Of a stretch of 64,000 nucleotides of DNA, positions 50,201-61,000 are shown in pieces (the stretch's first letter is position 1; every line of letters begins with the position of its first letter). The stretch spans positions 72,602,001-72,666,000 of the forward strand of contig OZ024741.1 of NCBI GenBank assembly GCA_964016885.1, in the 5' to 3' direction. Under the pieces are notes generated by a model. The model searched no databases, was not told the DNA's origin, and saw only the letters and a list, made by a program, of their open reading frames with translations. This stretch comes from Eledone cirrhosa (lineage: Eukaryota). Made by a program: the position numbers and the translations under genes.

Positions 50201-53200
50201 TTACTTTAGTTGTCGTTGATAGTTTAGTTGTTGTTGTTACTTTAGTTGTTGTTGTTACTTTAGTTGGTGTTGTTACTTTAGTTGTTGTTGTTACTTTAGT
50301 TGTTGTTGTTGTTTTAGTTGTTGTTGTTACTTTAGTTGTTGTTGTTACTTTAGTTGTTGTTACTTTAGTTGTTGTTCTTACTTTATTTGTTGTTGTTACT
50401 TTAGTTGTTGTTACTTTAGTTGTTGTTGTATTTTAGTTGTTGCTGATAGTTTAGTTGTTGTTGTTACTTTAGTTGTTGTTACTTTAGTTGTTGTTGTATT
50501 TTAGTTGTTGTTGATAGTTTAGCTGTTGTTGTCATTTTGTTGTTGTTGTTACTTTAGTTGTTGATGTTCCTTTAGTTGTTGTTGATAGTTTAGTTGTTGT
50601 TGCTTTAGTTGTTGTTGATAGTTTCGATGTTGTTGTTACTTTAGTTGTTGTTGATAGTTTAGTTGCTTTAGTTGTTGTTGATAGTTTAGATGTTGTTGTT
50701 ACTTTAGTTGTTGTTAATTTAGTTGTTGTTACTTTAGTTGTTGTTGTTACTTTAGTTGTTGTTACTTTAGTTGTCGTTGTTACTTTATTTGTTGTTGATA
50801 CTTTAGTTGCTGTTGTTACTATACTTGTTGTTAGTTTAGATGTTGTTGATAGTTTAGTTGTTGTTACTTTAGTTGTTGTTGATAGTTTAGTTGTTGTTGT
50901 TACTTTAGTTGTTGTTGTTACTTTAGTTGTTGTTGATACTTTAGTTGTTGTTGTTACTTTAGTTGTTGTTGTTACTTTAGTTGGTGTTGTTACTTTAGTT
51001 GTTGTTGTTACTTTAGTTGTTGTCACATTAGTTGTTGTTGATAGTTTATTTGTTGTTGTTATTTAGTTGTTGTTGTTACTTTAATTGTTGTTGATAGTTT
51101 AGTTGCCGTTGTTACCTTAATTGTTGTTGATAGTTTAGTTGTTGTTGTTACTTTAGTTGTTGTTGTTACTTTAGTTGTTGTTGATTGTTTAGTTGTTGTT
51201 GTTACTTTAGTTGTTGTTGATAGTTTAGTTGTTGTTGTTATTTAGTTGTTGTTGTGTATTTAGTTGTTGCTGATAGTTTAGTTGTTGTTAGTTTAGTTGT
51301 TTTTGTTAGTTTAGTTGTTCTTGAAAGATTAGTTGTTGTTGATAGTTTAGTTGTTGTTGTTACTTTAGTTGTTGTTGTTACTTTAGTTGTTGTTGTTACT
51401 TTAATTGTTGTTGATAGCTTAGTTGTTGTTACTTTAGTTGTTGTTGTTACTTTAGTTGTTGTTGATAGTTTAGTCGTTGTTACTTTTGTTGTTGTTGTTA
51501 TTTAATTGTTGTTGATACTTTAGCTGTTGTTACTTTAGTTGTTGTTGTTACTTAATTGGTGTTGTTACTTTAGTTGCTGTTGATAGTTTAGTTGTTGTGG
51601 TTACTTTAGTTGTTGTTGTTACTTTATTAGTTGTTGTTACTTTAGTTGTTGTTGATAGTTTAGTTGTTGTTGTTACTTTAGTTGTTGTTGATAGTTTAGT
51701 TGTTGATGTTACCTTTTTGGTGTTGTTACTTTAGTTGTTGTTACTTTAGTTGTTGTTGATAGTTTAGTTGTTGTTGTTACTTTAGTTGTTGTTGATAGTT
51801 TAGTTGTTGTTGTTCCTTTTTTTGTTGTTGTTACTTTAGTTGTTGTTACTTTAGTTGTTGTTCTTACTTTATTTGTTCTTGTTACTTTAGTTGTTGTTAC
51901 TTTAGTTGTTGTTGTATTTTAGTTGTTGCTGAGAGTTTAGTTGTTGTTGTTGCTTTAGTTGTTGTTTCTTTAGTTGTTGTTGTATTTTAGTTGTTGTTGA
52001 TAGTTTAGCTGTTGTTGTCATTTTGTTGTTGTTGTTACTTTAGTTGTTGATGTTCCTTTAATTGTTGTTGATAGTTTAGTTGTTGTTGTTGCTTTAGTTG
52101 TTGTTGTTACTTTAGTTGTTGTTGATAGTTTAGTTGTTGTTGCTTTAGTTGTTGATGATAGTTTAGATGTTGTTGTTACTTTAGTTGTTGTTACTTTAGT
52201 TGTTGTTACTTTAGTTGTTGTTGTTACTTTAGTTGTTGTTACTTTAGTTGTCGTTGTTACTTTAGTTGTTGTTGATACTTTAGTTGGTGTTGTTACTTTA
52301 CTTGTTGTTAGTTTAGATGTTGTTGATAGTTTAGTTGTTGTTGCTTTAGTAGTTGTTGATAGTTTAGTTGTTGTTGTTACTTTAGTTGTTGTTACTTTAG
52401 TTGTTGTTGTCACTTTTGTTGTTGTTACTTTAGTTGTTGTTACTTTAGTTGTTGATGTTACTTTATTTGTTGTTGTTGTTACTTTAGTTGTTGTTGATAC
52501 TTAAGTTGTTGTTGTTCCTTTAGTTGTTGTTGATAGTTTTGTTGTTGTTGATAGTTTATTTGTTGTTACTTTAGTTGTTGCTACTTTAGTTGTTGTTGTT
52601 ACTTTAGTTGCTGTTGTTGCTTTAGTTGTTTTTGATAGTTTAGTTGTTGTTGTTACTTTAGTTGTTGTTACTTATGTTGTTGTTGATAGTTTAGCTGTTG
52701 CTGTCATTTAGTTGTTGTTGTTACTTAAGTTGTTGATGTTACTTTAGTTGTTGTTACTTTAGTTGTTGTTGATAGTTTAGTTGTTGTTGCTTTAGTTGTT
52801 GTTTATAGTTTAGTTGTTGTTGTTACTTTAGTTTTTGTTACTTTAGTTGTTGTTGTTACTTTAGTTGTTGTTACTTTAGTTGTTGTTGTTACTTTAGTTG
52901 TTGTTGATACTTTAGTTGTTGTTGTTACTTTAGTTGTTGTTGTTAGTCTAGTTGTTGTTGATAGATTAGTTGTTGTTGACAGTTTAGTTGTTGTTACTTT
53001 AGTTGTTGTTGTTACTTTAGTTGTTGTTACTTTAGTTGTTGTTGTTACTTTAGTTGTTGTTACTTTAGTTGTTGTTGATAGTTTAGTTGTTGTTGTTACT
53101 TTAGTCGTTGTTGTTACTTTAGTTGTTGTTGATAGTTTAGTTGTTGTTGTTACTTTAATTGTTGTTGATAGTTTAGTTGTTGTTGTTACTTTTTTGTTGT

Positions 53201-56200
53201 TGTTACTTTAGTTGTTGTTACTTTACGTGTTGTTACTATAGTTGTTGTTGTTACTTTAGTTGTTGTAGTTACATTAGTTGTTGTTGATAGTTTAGTTGTT
53301 GTTGTTACTTTAGTTGTTGTTACTTTAGTTGTTGTTGTTACTTTAGTTGTTGTTGTTACTCTAGTTGTTGTTGTTACTTTAGTTGTTGTTGTTACTTTAG
53401 TTGTTGTTACTTTAATTGTTGTTGATAGTTTAGTTGTTGTCACTTTAGTTGTTGTTGTTACTTTAGTTGTTGTTGATAGTTTAGTTGTTGTTGTTACTTT
53501 AGTTGTTGTTGTTACTTTAATTGTTGTTGATACTTTAGTTGTTGTTGTTACTTTAGTTGTTGTTGTTACTTTAGTTGGTGTTGTTACTTTAGTTGTTGTT
53601 GTTACTTTAGTTGTTGTCACTTTACTTGTTGTTGATAGTTTAGTTGTTGTTGTTATTTAGTTGTTGTTGTTACTTTAATTGTTGTTGATAGTTTAGTTGC
53701 TGTTGTTACTTTAGTTGTTGTTGTTACTTTAGTTGTTGTTGATAGTTTAGTTGTTGTTGTTACTTTAGTTGTTGTTGTTACTTTAATTGTTGTTGATAGT
53801 TTAGTTGTTACTTTAGTTGTTGTTGTTACTTTAGTTGTTGTTGATAGTTTAGTTGTTGTTGTTACTTTAGTTGTTGTTGTTACTTTAGTTGTTGTTGTTA
53901 CTTTAGTTGTTGTTGTTGTTTTAGTTGTTGTTGTTACTTTAGTTGTTGTTGTTACTTTAGTTGTTGTTCTTACTTTAGTTGTTGTTACTTTAGTTGTTGT
54001 TAATTTAGTTGTTGTTGTTACTTTAGTTGTTGTTGATAGTTTAGTTGTTGTTGTTACTTTAGTTGTTGTTGTTACTTTAATTGTTGTTGATAGTTTAGTT
54101 GTTACTTTAGTTGTTGTTGTTACTTTAGTTGTCGTTGATAGTTTAGTTGTTGTTGTTACTTTAGTTGTTGTTGTTACTTTAGTTGGTGTTGTTACTTTAG
54201 TTGTTGTTGTTACTTTAGTTGTTGTTGTTGTTTTAGTTGTTGTTGTTACTTTAGTTGTTGTTGTTACTTTAGTTGTTGTTACTTTAGTTGTTGTTCTTAC
54301 TTTATTTGTTGTTGTTACTTTAGTTGTTGTTACTTTAGTTGTTGTTGTATTTTAGTTGTTGCTGATAGTTTAGTTGTTGTTGTTACTTTAGTTGTTGTTA
54401 CTTTAGTTGTTGCTGTATTTTAGTTGTTGTTGATAGTTTAGCTGTTGTTGTCATTTTGTTGTTGTTGTTACTTTAGTTGTTGATGTTCCTTTAGTTGTTG
54501 TTGATAGTTTAGTTGTTGTTGCTTTAGTTGTTGTTGATAGTTTCGATGTTGTTGTTACTTTAGTTGTTGTTGATAGTTTAGTTGCTTTAGTTGTTGTTGA
54601 TAGTTTAGATGTTGTTGTTACTTTAGTTGTTGTTAATTTAGTTGTTGTTACTTTAGTTGTTGTTGTTACTTTAGTTGTTGTTACTTTAGTTGTCGTTGTT
54701 ACTTTATTTGTTGTTGATACTTTAGTTGCTGTTGTTACTATACTTGTTGTTAGTTTAGATGTTGTTGATAGTTTAGTTGTTGTTGCTTTAGTTGTTGTTG
54801 ATAGTTTAGTTGTTGTTGTTACTTTAGTTGTTGTTATTTTAGTTGTTGTTACTTTAGTTGTTGTTACTTTAGTTGTTGTTACTTTAGTTGTTGTTGTTAC
54901 TTTAGTTGTTGTTGTTACTTTAGTTGTTGATAGTTTAGTTGTTGTTGTTAATTTAGTTGTTGTTACTTTAGTTGTTGTTGATAGTTTAGTTGTTGTTGTT
55001 ACTTTAGTTGTTGTTGATAGTTTAGTTGTTGTTGTTACTTTAGTTGTTGTTGTTACTTTAGTTGTTGTTGATACTTTAGTTGTTGTTGTTACTTTAGTTG
55101 TTGTTGTTACTTTAGTTGGTGTTGTTACTTTAGTTGTTGTTGTTACTTTAGTTGTTGTCACATTAGTTGTTGTTGATAGTTTAGTTGTTGTTGTTATTTA
55201 GTTGTTGTTGTTACTTTAATTGTTGTTGATAGTTTAGTTGCCGTTGTTACCTTAATTGTTGTTGATAGTTTAGTTGTTGTTGTTACTTTAGTTGTTGTTG
55301 TTACTTTAGTTGTTGTTGATTGTTTAGTTGTTGTTGTTACTTTAGTTGTTGTTGATAGTTTAGTTGTTGTTGTTATTTAGTTGTTGTTGTGTATTTAGTT
55401 GTTGCTGATAGTTTAGTTGTTGTTAGTTTAGTTGTTTTTGTTAGTTTAGTTGTTCTTGAAAGATTAGTTGTTGTTGATAGTTTAGTTGTTGTTGTTACTT
55501 TAGTTGTTGTTGTTACTTTAGTTGTTGTTGTTACTTTAATTGTTGTTGATAGCTTAGTTGTTGTTACTTTAGTTGTTGTTGTTACTTTAGTTGTTGTTGA
55601 TAGTTTAGTCGTTGTTACTTTTGTTGTTGTTGTTATTTAATTGTTGTTGATACTTTAGCTGTTGTTACTTTAGTTGTTGTTGTTACTTAATTGGTGTTGT
55701 TACTTTAGTTGCTGTTGATAGTTTAGTTGTTGTGGTTACTTTAGTTGTTGTTGTTACTTTATTAGTTGTTGTTACTTTAGTTGTTGTTGATAGTTTAGTT
55801 GTTGTTGTTACTTTAGTTGTTGTTGATAGTTTAGTTGTTGATGTTACCTTTTTGGTGTTGTTACTTTAGTTGTTGTTACTTTAGTTGTTGTTGATAGTTT
55901 TGTTGTTGTTGTTACTTTAGTTGTTGTTGATAGTTTAGTTGTTGTTGTTCCTTTTTTTGTTGTTGTTACTTTAGTTGTTGTTACTTTAGTTGTTGTTCTT
56001 ACTTTATTTGTTCTTGTTACTTTAGTTGTTGTTACTTTAGTTGTTGTTGTATTTTAGTTGTTGCTGAGAGTTTAGTTGTTGTTGTTGCTTTAGTTGTTGT
56101 TTCTTTAGTTGTTGTTGTATTTTAGTTGTTGTTGATAGTTTAGCTGTTGTTGTCATTTTGTTGTTGTTGTTACTTTAGTTGTTGATGTTCCTTTAATTGT

Positions 56201-58050
56201 TGTTGATAGTTTAGTTGTTGTTGTTGCTTTAGTTGTTGTTGTTACTTTAGTTGTTGTTGATAGTTTAGTTGTTGTTGCTTTAGTTGTTGATGATAGTTTA
56301 GATGTTGTTGTTACTTTAGTTGTTGTTACTTTAGTTGTTGTTACTTTAGTTGTTGTTGTTACTTTAGTTGTTGTTACTTTAGTTGTCGTTGTTACTTTAG
56401 TTGTTGTTGATACTTTAGTTGGTGTTGTTACTTTACTTGTTGTTAGTTTAGATGTTGTTGATAGTTTAGTTGTTGTTGCTTTAGTAGTTGTTGATAGTTT
56501 AGTTGTTGTTGTTACTTTAGTTGTTGTTACTTTAGTTGTTGTTGTCACTTTTGTTGTTGTTACTTTAGTTGTTGTTACTTTAGTTGTTGATGTTACTTTA
56601 TTTGTTGTTGTTGTTACTTTAGTTGTTGTTGATACTTAAGTTGTTGTTGTTCCTTTAGTTGTTGTTGATAGTTTTGTTGTTGTTGATAGTTTATTTGTTG
56701 TTACTTTAGTTGTTGCTACTTTAGTTGTTGTTGTTACTTTAGTTGCTGTTGTTGCTTTAGTTGTTTTTGATAGTTTAGTTGTTGTTGTTACTTTAGTTGT
56801 TGTTACTTATGTTGTTGTTGATAGTTTAGCTGTTGCTGTCATTTAGTTGTTGTTGTTACTTAAGTTGTTGATGTTACTTTAGTTGTTGTTACTTTAGTTG
56901 TTGTTGATAGTTTAGTTGTTGTTGCTTTAGTTGTTGTTTATAGTTTAGTTGTTGTTGTTACTTTAGTTTTTGTTACTTTAGTTGTTGTTGTTACTTTAGT
57001 TGTTGTTACTTTAGTTGTTGTTGTTACTTTAGTTGTTGTTGATACTTTAGTTGTTGTTGTTACTTTAGTTGTTGTTGTTAGTCTAGTTGTTGTTGATAGA
57101 TTAGTTGTTGTTGACAGTTTAGTTGTTGTTACTTTAGTTGTTGTTGTTACTTTAGTTGTTGTTACTTTAGTTGTTGTTGTTACTTTAGTTGTTGTTACTT
57201 TAGTTGTTGTTGATAGTTTAGTTGTTGTTGTTACTTTAGTCGTTGTTGTTACTTTAGTTGTTGTTGTTACTTTAGTTGTTGTTGATAGTTTAGTTGTTGT
57301 TGTTACTTTAGTTGTTGTTGATAGTTTAGTTGTTGTTGTTACTTTTTTGTTGTTGTTACTTTAGTTGTTGTTACTTTACGTGTTGTTACTATAGTTGTTG
57401 TTGTTACTTTAGTTGTTGTAGTTACATTAGTTGTTGTTGATAGTTTAGTTGTTGTTGTTACTTTAGTTGTTGTTACTTTAGTTGTTGTTGTTACTTTAGT
57501 TGTTGTTGTTACTCTAGTTGTTGTTGTTACTTTAGTTGTTGTTGTTACTTTAGTTGTTGTTACTTTAATTGTTGTTGATAGTTTAGTTGTTGTCACTTTA
57601 GTTGTTGTTGTTACTTTAGTTGTTGTTGATAGTTTAGTTGTTGTTGTTACTTTAGTTGTTGTTGTTACTTTAATTGTTGTTGATACTTTAGTTGTTGTTG
57701 TTACTTTAGTTGTTGTTGTTACTTTAGTTGGTGTTGTTACTTTAGTTGTTGTTGTTACTTTAGTTGTTGTCACTTTACTTGTTGTTGATAGTTTAGTTGT
57801 TGTTGTTATTTAGTTGTTGTTGTTACTTTAATTGTTGTTGATAGTTTAGTTGCTGTTGTTACTTTAGTTGTTGTTGTTACTTTAGTTGTTGTTGATAGTT
57901 TAGTTGTTGTTGTTACTTTAGTTGTTGTTGTTACTTTAATTGTTGTTGATAGTTTAGTTGTTACTTTAGTTGTTGTTGTTACTTTAGTTGTTGTTGATAG
58001 TTTAGTTGTTGTTGTTACTTTAGTTGTTGTTGTTACTTTAGTTGTTGTTG
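47250..58050. repeat. Higher-order repeat cluster: a 2931-bp tandem duplication followed by a 4135-4153-bp duplication of the same core
   Basis: Identical track ORFs 47601/50532, 48323/51254/55389, 49087/52018/56153 and 53186/57339. CTTGAAAGATT at 48389, 51320 and 55455; ACCTTTTTGG at 48780, 51711 and 55846. Confidence 0.93.
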
Positions 58051-61000
58051 TATTTTAGTTGTTGTTGATAGTTTAGCTGTTGTTGTCATTTTCTTGTTAT
58101 TGTTACTTTAGTTGTTGATGTTCCTTTAGTTGTTGTTGATAGTTTAGTTGTTGTTGTTGCTTTAGTTGTTGTTGTTACTTTAGTTGTTGTTGATAGTTTA
58201 GTTGTTGTTGCTTTAGTTGTTGTTGATAGTTTCGATGTTGTTGTTACTTTAGTTGTTGTTGATAGTTTAGTTGTTGCTTTAGTTGTTGTTGATAGTTTAG
58301 ATGTTGTTGTTACTTTAGTTATTGTTACTTTAGTTGTTGTTACTTTAGTTGTTGTTGTTAGTTTAGTTGTTGTTACTTTAGTTGTCGTTGTTACTTTAGT
58401 TGTTGTTGATACTTTAGTTGCTGTTGTTACTTTACTTGTTGTTAGTTTAGATGTTGTTGATAGTTTAGTTGTTGTTGCTTTAGTTGTTGTTGATAGTTTA
58501 GTTGTTGTTGTTACTTTAGTTGTTGTTACTTTAGTTGTTGTTGGTACTTTAGTTGTTGTTACTTTAGTTGTTGTTACTTTAGTTGTTGTTGTTACTTTAG
58601 TAGTTGTTGTTGTTACTTTAGTTGTTGTTGATACTTAAGTTGTTGTTGTTCCTTTAGTTGTTGTTGATAGTTTTGTTGTTGTTGATAGTTTAGTTGTTGT
58701 TACTTTAGTTGTTGCTACTTTAATTGTTGTTGTTACTTTAGTTGCTGTTGTTTCTTTAGTTGTTTTTGATAATTTAGTTGTTGTTGTTACTTTAGTTGTT
58801 GTTACTTTAGTAGTTGATAGTTTAGTTGTTGCTGATAGTTTATTTGTTGTTGTTACTTTAGTTGTTTTTACTTATGTTGTTGTTGATAGTTTAGCTGTTG
58901 CTGTCATTTAGTTGTTGTTGTTACTTAAGTTGTTGGTGTTACTTTAGTTGTTGTTACTTTAGTTGTTGTTGATAGTTTAGTTGTTGTTGCTTTAGTTGTT
59001 GTTGATAGTTTAGTTGTTGTTGTTACTTTAGTTTTTGTTACTTTAGTTGTTGTTGTTACTTTAGTTGTTGTTACTTTAGTTGTTGTTGTTACTTTAGTTG
59101 TTGTTGATACTTTAGTTGTTGTTGTTACTTTAGTTGTTATTGTTAGTTTAGTTGTTGTTGATAGATTAGTTGTTGTTGACAGTTTAGTTGTTGTTGTTAC
59201 TTTAGTTGTTGTTGTTACTTTAGTTGTTGTTGATAGTTTAGTTGTTGTTGTTACTTTATTTGTTGTTGTTACTTTAGTTGTTGTTACTTTACTTGTTGAT
59301 AGTTTAGTTGTTGTGGTTACTTTAGTTGTTGTTGTTACTTTAGTTGTTGTTGTTACTTTAGTTGTTGTTGATAGTTTAGTTGTTGTTGTTACTTTAGTTG
59401 TTGTTGATAGTTTAGTTGTCCCTTTTTTTGTTGTTGTTACTTTAGTTGTTGTTACTTTAGTTGTTGTTGTTACTTTATTTGTTGTTGTTACTTTAGTTGT
59501 TGTTGTATTTTAGTTGTTGCTGATAGTTTAGTTGTTGTTGTTACTTTAGTTGTTGTTACTTTAGTTGTTGTATTTTAGTTGTTGTTGATAGTTTAGCTGT
59601 TGTTGTCATTTTGTTGTTGTTGTTACTTTAGTTGTTGATGTTCCTTTAGTTGTTGTTGATAGTTTAGTTGTTGTTGTTGCTTTAGTTGTTGTTGTTACTT
59701 TAGTTGTTGATAGTTTAGTTGTTGTTGCTTTAGTTGTTGTTGATAGTTTAGATGTTGTTGTTACTTTAGTTGTTGTTGATAGTTTAGTTGTTGTTGCTTT
59801 AGTTGTTGTTGATACTTTAGATGTTGTTGTTACTTTAGTTGTTGTTACTTTAGTTCTTGTTGTTACTTTAGTTGTTGTTACTTTAGTTGTCGTTGTTACT
59901 TTAGTTGTTGTTGATACTTTAGTTGCTGTTGTTACTTTACTTGTTGTTAGTTTAGATGTTGCTGATAGTTTAGTTGTTGTTACTTTAGTTGTTGCTACTT
60001 TAGTTGTTGTTGTTACTTTAGTTGCTGTTGTTGCTTTAGTTGTTTTTGATAGTTTAGTTGTTGTTGTTACTTTAGTTGTTGTTACTTTAGTAGTTGTTGA
60101 TAGTTTAGTTGTTGTTGTTACTTTAGTTGTTGTTGTTACATTAGTTGTTGATAGTTAAGTTGTTGTTGTTACTTTAGTTGTTGTTACTTTAATTGTTGTT
60201 GATAGTTTAGTTGCTGTTGTTACTTTAGTTATTGTTGTTACTTTAGTTGTTGTTGATAGTTTAGTTGTTGTTGTTACTTTAATTGTTGTTGATACTTTAG
60301 TTGTTGTTGTTACTTTAGTTGGTGTTGTTACTTTAGTTGTTGTTGTTACTTTAGTTGTTGTCACTTTAGTTGTTGTTGATAGTTTAGTTGTTGTTGTTAT
60401 TTAGTTGTTGTTACTTTAATTGTTGTTGATAGTTTAGTTGCTGTTGTTACTTTAGTTGTTGTTGTTACTTCAGCTGTTGTTGATAGTTTAGTTGTTGTTG
60501 TTACTTTAGTTGTTGTTGTTACTTTAATTGTTGTTGATAGTTTAGTTGTTACTTTAGTTGTTGTTGTTACTTTAGTTCTTGTTGATAGTTTAGTTTTTGT
60601 TGTTACTTTAGTTGTTGTTGTTACTTTAGTTGGTGTTGTTACTTTAGTTGTTGTTGATAGTTTAGTTGTTGTTGATAGTTTAGTTGTTATTGTTACTTTA
60701 GTTGTTATTGTTACTTTAGTTGTTGTTGTTACTTTAGTTGTTGTTGATAGTTTAGTTGTTGTTGTTACTTTTTTTGTCGTTGTTACTTTAGTTGTTGTTA
60801 CTTTAGTTGTTGTTGTTACTTTAGTTGTTGCTGATAGTTTAGTTGTTGTTGTTACTTTAGTTGTTTTTACTTATGTTGTTGTTGATAGTTTAGCTGTTGT
60901 TGTCATTTAGTTTTTGTTGTTACTTAAGTTGTTGATTTTACTTTAGTTGTTGTTGCTTTAGTTGTTGTTGATAGTTTAGTTGTTGTTGTTACTTTAGTTG

